In this document: positions 26,057 to 35,986 of the stretch, one piece after another | How the letters are laid out: each line of letters starts with the position of its first letter | Position numbering within the stretch: the stretch's first letter is position 1 | IMG/VR virus record: IMGVR_UViG_3300020057_000001 | Coordinates: 96,072 to 160,071 of that record | Direction: 5' to 3' (one strand) | DNA length: 64,000 nt | Source of the DNA: a virus | The notes under the pieces: generated by a model | The model's input: the letters and a program-made list of their open reading frames with translations, nothing else | Told to the model about the DNA's origin: nothing | Databases searched by the model: none | Program-made: the position numbers and the translations under genes

Positions 26057-28564
26057 GTGGAAAAGTTAGCAAAAGCTGGGTTTACACAACTGAAACAGAT
26101 GTTTGCGGAAACCAACGATCACGACCACGTCGTAAAATGGGCTGCTGACAGCATCAAACCTAACGACATGCAGTCTTGGTACTTGCGCAACTATAAGCAA
26201 AATCCGGCTATTCACACAAAGGCCAACCAAGAAAAAATCGCACATTTTTCTGGAATGCATGGTCTTTCTGAGGATATCAAAAACGTTAAATTAGATAAAA
26301 ACGACACGTTAGAATCAGGTTTAGCGAAATACGATCAGGCTGAAAAAAAATGGCAATCCAGTAGTGGGAGCCGTTTTACTGCTCCAGAAGGTAAGAAGAT
26401 CGTTGACCTTGGTAACAACATGGGTTGGTACAATCTCAAAAAGCCTACGTCAGATGAAGAGGCTAGCTGCATGGGACATTGTGGAAATTATGGAAATCCT
26501 CACGAAAAAGACCAAATTTTTTCTTTGCGAAAAGAAGTAAAAGTTGGAAACAAGACCTATCACGAGCCTATGTCAACTGCCATTTACAATAAAGGTTGGC
26601 TGGGGGAAATGAAAGGTCGAGCAAATTCTCGTCCAGGTGCGAAGTTTCATGAACACTATGCGGCACTGTTGAAACACCCTAAAATCAAAGGGTTAATCGG
26701 GGCGGGGCATAAACCACACGAAAATTTTCATTTCGACGACCTAAGCCCAGAACTTCAACAGCAAGTCAAAACAGCAAACCCAAAGATGGTGGACTTAAGA
26801 AGTAATGCTTGGGACACAGCAACAAAACATAAAGCCACAGCGTCCGTTCCGAAAATTGAAAAGTATCAGAGCACTGTCAAAGACATTCACCGATCGACTG
26901 AACTGAAAGATCAATTGGATCAGGGACATCCAATGGACGCTCTTGACCCAAACGACTTAAGACTAGTCGTTGATCATCCAGCTTTTCAAAAAGGGCACCT
27001 TGACAAATTAGTAAAGGGTCTAGCGGATCAAAAAGGCATCAAGGATGTGTATTCAAAACTCCAAGCATATGGCGCTATTGAGAGATCCCCACATTTAAAC
27101 GACCAGCACATCGACCACTTAATCGATTCAGATGAAACGGCTAACACAGCTCAATTATTAAGAAAAAAACTCAACCAAAGCCACGTAGACAACATCGTTC
27201 AAAAAGCTCCTGCCATGGCAGCAGAACAGTTAAAAGACCACCGTCTGTTAAACCAAAGCCACATAACCCATATTGTTAAAGAATACCCCGGTAGAGCAGC
27301 CCTATATTTAAACAACCACCCCCTCTTAAACGCAACCCACATAGACCAAATTGCTCAAAAAGCACCCCACGCAGCAGCCGTACATTTAAAAGACCACCCC
27401 CTTCTCAACGCAAGCCACATAGACCACATTGTCCGACAAGAACCCAGAGAAGCAGCGAAACATTTAAAAGACCACCCCCTCTTAAACGCAAGCCACATAG
27501 ACCGTATTGCGCAAGACGAACCCTTCGCCGCAGCAAGACATTTAACCGACCACCCCGTCTTCAACGCAAGCCACATAGACCGTATTGTCCAACAAGACCC
27601 CGCTTCCGCCGCCGCAAATTTAAAAGACCACCCCCTCTTTAACCAAAGCCACCTAGACCAAATTGTTCAAGGCAACTCCGGCGCAGCAGCCGTACATTTA
27701 AAAGACCACCCCCTTCTCAACGCAAGCCACATAGACCGTATTGTTCAAAAAGAACCCGGCACAGCAGCCTACCATTTAAACAACCACCCCCTCTTCAACG
27801 CAAGCCACATAACCCAGCTTGCCCAAAAAGACCCCAACGCCGCAGCCCTATATTTAAATAATCACCGCCTCTTCAACCAAAGCCATATAGACCACATTGT
27901 TCAAGAGCACCCCAACGCAGCGCTAGAGTATTTAAGAAAACACCCCCTTCTCAACGTAAGCCACATAACCCATATTGCCCAAAAAGAACCCGGCGCAGCC
28001 GCCCAATATTTAAACGACCACCCTCTCTTCAACGCAAGCCATATAGACCACATTGTTCAACAAGACCCCTATAGAGCAGCTGGATTTTTAAACGACCACC
28101 CCCTCTTTAACCAAAGCCACATAACCCATATTGTTCAAGAAGCACCCCACATAGCAGCCGAATATTTAAAAGACCACCCCCTTCTCAACCAAAGCCATAT
28201 AGACCACATGGTTCAAGAAGCACCCTTCAGAGCAGCCGCATATTTAAAAGACCACCCCCTTCTCAACCAAAGCCATATAGACCACATTGTTCAAGAAGCA
28301 CCCCACATAGCAGCCGAATATTTAAAAGACCACCCCCTCTTTGCAGAAGCTATGAGACGCGCTAAAGCTAAAAAAGTACAGAAACCCGAAGCAACTGCTC
28401 CGCTAACCAAATCTGAGAAAAACTTAAAGAGCGTCGTTCAAAAATTGAAACGTAAGGCTACACCACAAACACCAGACACAGCGTTCGAAGCCCAAACCGC
28501 TAGGAAAAACCTTCTCAGTAGTATAGCATCCAAACTGAAGAAGATACCCGCTGGCCCAACTTGA
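26057..28564 (+). CDS. Array member 2: 375-aa conserved N-terminal region + 15 x 26-aa His-rich variable repeats
   Basis: Repeat HIDHIVQxxPxxAAxxLKDHPLLNxS at 27182-28351. Confidence 0.85.
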   Translation: MEKLAKAGFTQLKQMFAETNDHDHVVKWAADSIKPNDMQSWYLRNYKQNPAIHTKANQEKIAHFSGMHGLSEDIKNVKLDKNDTLESGLAKYDQAEKKWQSSSGSRFTAPEGKKIVDLGNNMGWYNLKKPTSDEEASCMGHCGNYGNPHEKDQIFSLRKEVKVGNKTYHEPMSTAIYNKGWLGEMKGRANSRPGAKFHEHYAALLKHPKIKGLIGAGHKPHENFHFDDLSPELQQQVKTANPKMVDLRSNAWDTATKHKATASVPKIEKYQSTVKDIHRSTELKDQLDQGHPMDALDPNDLRLVVDHPAFQKGHLDKLVKGLADQKGIKDVYSKLQAYGAIERSPHLNDQHIDHLIDSDETANTAQLLRKKLNQSHVDNIVQKAPAMAAEQLKDHRLLNQSHITHIVKEYPGRAALYLNNHPLLNATHIDQIAQKAPHAAAVHLKDHPLLNASHIDHIVRQEPREAAKHLKDHPLLNASHIDRIAQDEPFAAARHLTDHPVFNASHIDRIVQQDPASAAANLKDHPLFNQSHLDQIVQGNSGAAAVHLKDHPLLNASHIDRIVQKEPGTAAYHLNNHPLFNASHITQLAQKDPNAAALYLNNHRLFNQSHIDHIVQEHPNAALEYLRKHPLLNVSHITHIAQKEPGAAAQYLNDHPLFNASHIDHIVQQDPYRAAGFLNDHPLFNQSHITHIVQEAPHIAAEYLKDHPLLNQSHIDHMVQEAPFRAAAYLKDHPLLNQSHIDHIVQEAPHIAAEYLKDHPLFAEAMRRAKAKKVQKPEATAPLTKSEKNLKSVVQKLKRKATPQTPDTAFEAQTARKNLLSSIASKLKKIPAGPT

Positions 28565-28620
28565 ATAGGCTACTCAACCTTGACCCGAGACGTAAAATAT
28601 TTTGATATCGAGGAGTAAAA

Positions 28621-31600
28621 GTGGAAAAGTTAGCAAAAGCTGGGTTTACACAACTGAAACAGATGTTTGCAGATTCGGACGATCACGACCACGTCGTTAA
28701 GTGGGCTGCTGACAGCATCAAACCAAACGACATGCAGTCTTGGTACTTGCGAAATTACAAACAAAATCCGGCTATTCACACAACGGAAAACCAAGAAAAA
28801 ATTGCACATTTTTCGGGAATGCATGGTCTTTCCGAGGATATCAAAAACGTTAAGCTGGACAAGAACGACACGTTAGAATCAGGTTTAGCGAAATACGATC
28901 AGGCCGAGAAAAAATGGCAATCCAGTAGTGGGAGCCGTTTCACGGCTCCAGAAGGTAAGAAGATCGTTGAGCTTGGGAACGGTATGGGTTGGTACGATTT
29001 AAAGAAGCCGGTGTCAAGTGAAGAGGCTAACTGCATGGGCCATTGTGGAAATTCGGGAAATCCTCACGAAAAAGACCAAATTTTTTCTTTGCGAAAAGAA
29101 GTAAAAGTCGGAAATAAAACGTACCACGAGCCCATGTCAACTGCTATTTACAATAAGGGTTGGTTAGGCGAAATGAAAGGTCGAGCCAATTCTCGTCCAG
29201 GTGAAAAGTTTCATGAACACTACGCGGCACTCCTAAAGCACCCTAAAATCAAAGGGTTAATCGGTGCGGGGCATAAACCACAAGAAAATTTTCATTTCGA
29301 CGACTTGAGCCCAGAACTTCAACAACAAGTCAAAACAGCAAATCCGGCAATGGTGGACTTAAGAAGTAATGCTTGGGACACAGCAACAAAATACAAAGCC
29401 ACGGCGTCCGTTCCTAAAATTAAAAAATATCAGCATACTGTCAAAGACATTCACCGATCCACGGAACTGAAAGATCAATTGGATCAGGGACATCCAATGG
29501 ACGCGCTCAAGTCAAGCGACTTAAGACTAGTCGTTGACCATCCAGCTTTTCAAAAAGGACACCTTGACAAATTAGTAAAAGGTATAGCTAACCAAAAAGG
29601 CATCAAGGATGTGTATTCAAAACTCCAAGCCTACGGTGCTATTGAAAGATCTCCGCATTTAAACGACCAACACATCGACCACTTAATCGATTCAGATGAG
29701 ATCGCTAACACAGCGCAACTATTAAGAAAAAAACTCAACCAAAGCCACGTAGATAGCATTGTGCAAAAAGCTCCCGTCATGGCAGCAAAACAGTTAAAAG
29801 ACCACCGTCTGTTAAACCAAAGCCACGTAGACCACATTGTTCAAAAAGCCCCTGGCATGGCAGCGGAATATTTAAACGACCACCCCCTCTTCAACGCAAG
29901 CCACATAGACCACATTGCTCAAAAATACCCCTCCAAAGCAGCTGGATATTTAAACGACCACCCCCTCTTCAACCAAAGCCACCTAGACCATATTGTTCAA
30001 GAGTACCCCAACGCAGCCGAATATTTAAAAGACCACCCCCTATTCAACCAAAGCCACGTAGATAGCATTGTGCAAACAGACCCCGGCATGGCAGCAGAAC
30101 AGTTAAAAGACCACCGTCTCTTTAATCAAAGTCATATAGACCGTATTGCGCAAGAATCACCCTACTCAGCAGCAGAACAGTTAAAAGACCACCCCCTTCT
30201 CAACCAAAGCCACATAGACCACATTGTTCAAGAAAACCCCCGCGTAGCCGCCCAATATTTAAATAAGCACCTCCTCCTCAACCAAAGCCACATAGACCAC
30301 ATTGTTCAACAAGACCCCCGCTTAGCAGCCTCCCGTTTAAAAGACCACCCCCTTTTCAACCAAAGCCACATAACACATATTGTTCAACAAGAACCCAGCG
30401 AAGCAGCGGAACAGTTAAAAGACCACCCCCTTCTCAACCAAAGCCACATAGACCACATTGTTCAAGAAAACCCCCGCGTAGCCGCCCAATATTTAAATAA
30501 GCACCTCCTCCTCAACCAAAGCCACATAGACCATATTGTCCAAAAAGAACCCAGCAAAGCAGCCTACCGTTTAAAAGACCACCCACTCTTCAACGCAAGC
30601 CACGTAGATCACATTGTCCAAAACGTCCCCTATTCCGCAGTCGAGGCTTTACAAAACCACCCCCTCCTCAACCAAAGCCACATAGACCACCTTGTTCAAC
30701 AAGTACCCCACATAGCAGCCGAATATTTAAAAGACCACCCCCTCTTTGCAGAAGCTGTGAGACGAGCCGAAGCTAAAAAAGTACAGAAATCCGAAGCAAC
30801 TGCTCCGCTAACCAAATCTGAGAAAAACTTAAAAAGCGTCGTTCAAAAATTGAAACGTAAGGCTACACCGCAAAAGCCTTGGAACCCAGAATCATACGGG
30901 TATGACGACGGCTCCGACGATGTTTACAATGACATCGACGACGCGGTAGATCATCACAACCTATCCGCAAACCGTCGTATGGAAAGATATCAGGAAATAA
31001 ATCCGGAACACACAGAAAAAATGATGGACCCGAGTGAGTTAATTCCCTCTGCGCACCTACCTCAAACGTCAGGTTGGTTAAAGCAGCACCCGGAGCAAGA
31101 GTGGATCAATCGCTTGAAAGAGCAATTTCCAGATCGAGATTTCGCTCACACTTTAGACAAAAAGAATAAAAAAGCGTTATCGCCAGCCATCACCATCAAC
31201 GGTGAACTTGCGGACGGTTATGGACGAGCCCACCTTGCGCATGCCCTTGGTGAGCACTTACCGACGTATGATTATAAAAGAAAATTACAAAAATCCATCG
31301 TAGGCGTACCGCAAATGAAAAAATCCAACGACCTTGCCCAAGACCTTAAGAAACAGGGCGCAAAAGACCCCAAAGCCATACTTCAAACGCAAAAAGAAAA
31401 AGAAGACCTAAAGAAAGGCGACGTAGTAACTTTAGGCGCAAAAATCAAAGCAAAGATCAAAGCAAAAAAAGAAAGCTCTTCCACGGAAGCGTCAACGGTA
31501 AAACGGCTTTCCCCGGAAGAGCAATTGGCCAATAGAAAAAAACATCAGGCTGAGGCAAACAGCTCCGCAATGACCGACGTCTCTTCTCATAGGAGAGGAG

Positions 31601-33357
31601 CCTACGCCCCGCAGAATAGTGCAGCGGAACGCCTGAAGGAACGTGCTGAGACAGTTAAAAAGCTAAAAGACCAAAGCGACCATAAAGACCGCCTCGTTCA
31701 CATGATGGGCGAACAACACGGACCCGTAGGCGCTTCCGCAGCAAGCCATGTTTTTGAAGCAAACGCAGATCGTTATTCGTTATCGTTAAATCGTGACGAC
31801 ACCCGTGAAAAGGAACGCGTCGCAGGAAAAGCGAAGACCTATATTACGCATTACGGACAGACGCCCGAAGGGCACCACGTGTTTCTTCACCAGAACGCAG
31901 GATTAGCCCGTCTTATGGCAGTGCCTTCAGACGGGTCTGCTGTCAAGCATCTTGGGTCAATTCACCGCGCAACAGACGCAGTACGCGTACCTAATCCTAA
32001 ATACTATACTTCTGCGGAAGCAGCTCAAGCGGATCAAGCCGATTCGCTCGAACGTTACAAGCAGAGCCATCAAGATCCCAAAGGTAACGCTTTACGCGAA
32101 AAAGAATTGCGATCAACGAAACTTCTCTCAGATGCCATACCTTCGATGGCAAAGTACAAAGACGCGGGCGAATTCAATAAAAAGGACTACACGATTTCTA
32201 GGGGACCGCATAGTTGGGGATTCGAAATACGCAAAAAGGGCAATGATCGCGAATCGTTTAGATACCACGTACAAAAAGGAGTGCCGAAAGACCATGCAGA
32301 ACACAATAGCTTGGACGCGCAACCTCTAGTAATTACGCCCGCGTACACTAAGGATGAAGAGAACCACGGACAAGCGATGCGCTTCTTTCAACAGCATATG
32401 CAAGGACATTTTAAAGTGAAGAGCGCCTACGGTGACTTCAGTTTACAGCCAGAACAGAATCCTTCTTGGACGCCACAACCAGAAGCAGTACCCCCTCGTG
32501 GCGAAAAAGTGCCAAGTATGTTTGGTAAAAAGACGGAGCAACCTAAAAAGCCTAACCCCTTTTCAGTGGTTAAATCTCAGCGCCTCGCCAAAGGTGATGT
32601 AATAAATTTAGGCGCAAAAATCAAAGCGAAGATCAAAGAAAAAAAAGAAAGCGTCAAGCCAGGGAGCCCTGAGGCACGCCAAGCCACAATCGAAAAGTAC
32701 GGCCCCTCGATGGCGGATCTTTATGGCGCATTCGACAAGCACAAAGCGAAGATCGAGAAAAAGAAAGCTCCTGTCTCACGGGATGCGCAGATTGAGCAAG
32801 CTTTCAACCAGCAGAACGGCACACCAGATTTAGTAGATACCCCGCGACCCCCTATGCCTTTACATACCCCTCAAGAGACAGACGCAAGACACCTCCACGA
32901 TGTTCTTGTGAACGAGTACGATTACGACAGTAAGATACATAGACCGTCCGACGGCTATGAAGACGGAGACCTTGTCGAAGACTATGCAGCAATTCACTTG
33001 GGTAGCACACCGCAACACCGCAGCGAACAAGGGATACACAGACAAATTCCTTTTGCTCAATGGAAAGAACTTCACGAATCACCCGTCCACGAGCAGGGGT
33101 CAGACGCCAAAGATGCGCAAGCACCAATGGTTGAACGTCTTGCCTCGGATGCTATAGAGACCGCCGGAAGCCAAGGCTTTAGTCGTATCTTCCTGCATCC
33201 TGATTACAATTCTAAAGACTTTGCGGCTTTCAAATTTAAGCAGGCAGCCGACAAAGCCCCCAAGCCGGATTTGAGCCCTGAAGCCCAAACCGCTAGGAAA
33301 AACCTTCTGAGTAGTATAGCCTCCAAACTGAAGAAGAAACCCGATGGCCCAACTTAA
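28621..33357 (+). CDS. Array member 3: same N-terminal region + 13 repeats + ~800-aa modular insertion
   Basis: Repeats at 29746-30756; insertion ~30880-33267 within the shared C-terminal tail. Confidence 0.85.
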   Translation: MEKLAKAGFTQLKQMFADSDDHDHVVKWAADSIKPNDMQSWYLRNYKQNPAIHTTENQEKIAHFSGMHGLSEDIKNVKLDKNDTLESGLAKYDQAEKKWQSSSGSRFTAPEGKKIVELGNGMGWYDLKKPVSSEEANCMGHCGNSGNPHEKDQIFSLRKEVKVGNKTYHEPMSTAIYNKGWLGEMKGRANSRPGEKFHEHYAALLKHPKIKGLIGAGHKPQENFHFDDLSPELQQQVKTANPAMVDLRSNAWDTATKYKATASVPKIKKYQHTVKDIHRSTELKDQLDQGHPMDALKSSDLRLVVDHPAFQKGHLDKLVKGIANQKGIKDVYSKLQAYGAIERSPHLNDQHIDHLIDSDEIANTAQLLRKKLNQSHVDSIVQKAPVMAAKQLKDHRLLNQSHVDHIVQKAPGMAAEYLNDHPLFNASHIDHIAQKYPSKAAGYLNDHPLFNQSHLDHIVQEYPNAAEYLKDHPLFNQSHVDSIVQTDPGMAAEQLKDHRLFNQSHIDRIAQESPYSAAEQLKDHPLLNQSHIDHIVQENPRVAAQYLNKHLLLNQSHIDHIVQQDPRLAASRLKDHPLFNQSHITHIVQQEPSEAAEQLKDHPLLNQSHIDHIVQENPRVAAQYLNKHLLLNQSHIDHIVQKEPSKAAYRLKDHPLFNASHVDHIVQNVPYSAVEALQNHPLLNQSHIDHLVQQVPHIAAEYLKDHPLFAEAVRRAEAKKVQKSEATAPLTKSEKNLKSVVQKLKRKATPQKPWNPESYGYDDGSDDVYNDIDDAVDHHNLSANRRMERYQEINPEHTEKMMDPSELIPSAHLPQTSGWLKQHPEQEWINRLKEQFPDRDFAHTLDKKNKKALSPAITINGELADGYGRAHLAHALGEHLPTYDYKRKLQKSIVGVPQMKKSNDLAQDLKKQGAKDPKAILQTQKEKEDLKKGDVVTLGAKIKAKIKAKKESSSTEASTVKRLSPEEQLANRKKHQAEANSSAMTDVSSHRRGAYAPQNSAAERLKERAETVKKLKDQSDHKDRLVHMMGEQHGPVGASAASHVFEANADRYSLSLNRDDTREKERVAGKAKTYITHYGQTPEGHHVFLHQNAGLARLMAVPSDGSAVKHLGSIHRATDAVRVPNPKYYTSAEAAQADQADSLERYKQSHQDPKGNALREKELRSTKLLSDAIPSMAKYKDAGEFNKKDYTISRGPHSWGFEIRKKGNDRESFRYHVQKGVPKDHAEHNSLDAQPLVITPAYTKDEENHGQAMRFFQQHMQGHFKVKSAYGDFSLQPEQNPSWTPQPEAVPPRGEKVPSMFGKKTEQPKKPNPFSVVKSQRLAKGDVINLGAKIKAKIKEKKESVKPGSPEARQATIEKYGPSMADLYGAFDKHKAKIEKKKAPVSRDAQIEQAFNQQNGTPDLVDTPRPPMPLHTPQETDARHLHDVLVNEYDYDSKIHRPSDGYEDGDLVEDYAAIHLGSTPQHRSEQGIHRQIPFAQWKELHESPVHEQGSDAKDAQAPMVERLASDAIETAGSQGFSRIFLHPDYNSKDFAAFKFKQAADKAPKPDLSPEAQTARKNLLSSIASKLKKKPDGPT

Positions 33358-33426
33358 AAAGGTTGATAACAGGCTTCTCCACAATGACCCCCGAGACGTA
33401 AAATATTTTGATATCGAGGAGTAAAA

Positions 33427-35928
33427 GTGGAAAAGTTAGCAAAAGCCGGATTTAAACAACTGAAACAGATGTTTGCAGATTCGGACGATCACGACCACGT
33501 CGTTAAGTGGGCTGCTGACAGCATAAAGCCAAACGACATGCAGTCTTGGTACTTGCGCAACTATAAGCAAAACCCCACTATCCACACAAAAGCCAACCAA
33601 GAAAAAATTGCACATTTTTCAGGAATGCATGGGATTTCTGACGATATCAAAAACGTTAAGCTGGACAAGAACGACACGTTAGAATCCGGTTTAGCGAAAT
33701 ACGATCAGGCCGAGAAAAAGTGGCAATCGAGTAGTGGGAGCCGTTTCACGGATCCAGAAGGTAAAAAGATTGTCGACCTTGGGAACAACATGGGTTGGTA
33801 CAATCTCAAAAAGCCTACGTCAGATGAAGAGGCTAGCTGCATGGGACATTGTGGAAATTATGGAAATCCTCACGAAAAAGACCAAATTTTTTCTTTGCGA
33901 AAAGAAGTAAAAGTTGGAAACAAGACCTATCACGAGCCTATGTCAACTGCCATTTACAATAAAGGTTGGCTGGGGGAAATGAAAGGTCGAGCAAATTCTC
34001 GTCCAGGTGCGAAGTTTCATGAACACTATGCGGCACTGTTGAAACACCCTAAAATCAAAGGGTTAATCGGGGCGGGGCATAAACCACACGAAAATTTTCA
34101 TTTCGACGACCTAAGCCCAGAACTTCAACAGCAAGTCAAAACAGCAAACCCAAAGATGGTGGACTTAAGAAGTAATGCTTGGGACACAGCAACAAAACAT
34201 AAAGCCACAGCGTCCGTTCCGAAAATTGAAAAGTATCAGAGCACTGTCAAAGACATTCACCGATCGACTGAACTGAAAGATCAATTGGATCAGGGACATC
34301 CAATGGACGCTCTTGACCCAAACGACTTAAGACTAGTCGTTGATCATCCAGCTTTTCAAAAAGGGCACCTTGACAAATTAGTAAAGGGTCTAGCGGATCA
34401 AAAAGGCATCAAGGATGTGTATTCAAAACTCCAAGCATATGGCGCTATTGAGAGATCCCCACATTTAAACGACCAGCACATCGACCACTTAATCGATTCA
34501 GATGAAACGGCTAACACAGCTCAATTATTAAGAAAAAAACTCAACCAAAGCCACGTAGACAGGATTGTTCAAAAAGCTCCTGCCATGGCAGCAGAACAGT
34601 TAAAAGACCACCGTCTCTTCAACGCAAACCACCTAGACCACATTGTTCAACAAGAACCCCGCGCAGCAGCCCTATATTTAAACAACCACCCCCTCTTAAA
34701 CGCAACCCACATAGACCAAATTGTTCAAGAAAACCCCTACGCAGCAGTCAAATATTTAAAAGACCACCCACTCTTAAACGCAAATCACATAACACACCTT
34801 GTCCAAAAAGAACCCCGCAGCGTAGCACTATATTTAAACGACCACCCCCTCTTCAACGCAAGCCACATAGACCAAATTGTTCAAGAAAACCCCTACGCAG
34901 CAGTCAAATATTTAAAAGACCACCCACTCTTCAACGCAAACCACCTAGACCACATTGTTCAACAAGAACCCCGCGCAGCAGCCATACATTTAAAAGACCA
35001 CCCCCTGTTAAATCAAAGTCACGTAGACCACATTGTTCAAGAAGCACCCCACAGAGCAGCCGAATATTTAAAAGACCACCCACTCTTAAACGCAAAGCAC
35101 ATAGACCATCTTGTTCAAGGAGCACCCTTCCTTGCCGCGCGAGCGTTAAAAGACCACCCACTCTTCAACGCAAGCCACATATACCCAGCTATTCAAGAGA
35201 ACCCCTCTGAAGCACTCGACTATTTTAAAGACCACCCACTCTTAAACGCAAATCACATAACACACCTTGTCCAAAAAGAACCTGTTCGTGCGGCACGACA
35301 GTTAAAGGGCCACCCACTCTTAAACGCAAAGCACATAGACCATCTTGTTCAAGGAGCACCTGCCATAGCAGCGGAGTATTTAAACAACCACCCCCTTCTC
35401 AACGCAAGCCACATAGACCACATTGTTCAAGAAGCACCCCGCGCAGCAGCCATACATTTAAAAGACCACCCCCTCTTCAACGCAAGCCACATAGACCAAA
35501 TTGTTCAAAAATCACCTCACTACGCAGCCGCATATTTAAAAGACCACCCCCTTCTCAACGCAAGCCACATAACCCATATTGTCAAAAAAGAACCGTTCGA
35601 GGCAGTCCGAGAGTTAAAAGACCACCCCCTTCTCAACGCAAGCCACATAGACCATCTTGTTCAACAAGAACCCCACACCGCAGCCAAATATTTAAAAGAC
35701 CACCCCCTTTACGCAGAAGCTGTGAGACGAGCTGAAGCTAAAAAAGTACAGAAATCCGAAGCAACAGCTCCGTTAACCAAATCTGAGAAAACCTTAAAGA
35801 GCGTCGTTCAAAAATTGAAACGCAAGGTGACACCGCAAAAGCCCGACACAGCGCTCGAAGCCCAAACTGCTAGGAAAAACCTTCTGAGTAGTATAGCCTC
35901 CAAACTGAAGAAGCTACCCGATGCCTGA
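33427..35928 (+). CDS. Array member 4: same N-terminal region + 15 repeats
   Basis: Repeats at 34552-35721. Confidence 0.85.
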   Translation: MEKLAKAGFKQLKQMFADSDDHDHVVKWAADSIKPNDMQSWYLRNYKQNPTIHTKANQEKIAHFSGMHGISDDIKNVKLDKNDTLESGLAKYDQAEKKWQSSSGSRFTDPEGKKIVDLGNNMGWYNLKKPTSDEEASCMGHCGNYGNPHEKDQIFSLRKEVKVGNKTYHEPMSTAIYNKGWLGEMKGRANSRPGAKFHEHYAALLKHPKIKGLIGAGHKPHENFHFDDLSPELQQQVKTANPKMVDLRSNAWDTATKHKATASVPKIEKYQSTVKDIHRSTELKDQLDQGHPMDALDPNDLRLVVDHPAFQKGHLDKLVKGLADQKGIKDVYSKLQAYGAIERSPHLNDQHIDHLIDSDETANTAQLLRKKLNQSHVDRIVQKAPAMAAEQLKDHRLFNANHLDHIVQQEPRAAALYLNNHPLLNATHIDQIVQENPYAAVKYLKDHPLLNANHITHLVQKEPRSVALYLNDHPLFNASHIDQIVQENPYAAVKYLKDHPLFNANHLDHIVQQEPRAAAIHLKDHPLLNQSHVDHIVQEAPHRAAEYLKDHPLLNAKHIDHLVQGAPFLAARALKDHPLFNASHIYPAIQENPSEALDYFKDHPLLNANHITHLVQKEPVRAARQLKGHPLLNAKHIDHLVQGAPAIAAEYLNNHPLLNASHIDHIVQEAPRAAAIHLKDHPLFNASHIDQIVQKSPHYAAAYLKDHPLLNASHITHIVKKEPFEAVRELKDHPLLNASHIDHLVQQEPHTAAKYLKDHPLYAEAVRRAEAKKVQKSEATAPLTKSEKTLKSVVQKLKRKVTPQKPDTALEAQTARKNLLSSIASKLKKLPDA

Positions 35929-35986
35929 CTTGAACAACTTCCACCTTGACACGAGACGTAAAATATTTTGATATCGAGGAGTAAAA

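Larger units (their letters stand above)
26021..35986 (+). repeat. 36-bp leader repeated before array members 2-5 (26021, 28585, 33391, 35951)
   Basis: (C/A)CGAGACGTAAAATATTTTGATATCGAGGA(A/G)TAAAA then GTG; contains TAAAAT and a GAGGA RBS. Confidence 0.9.
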
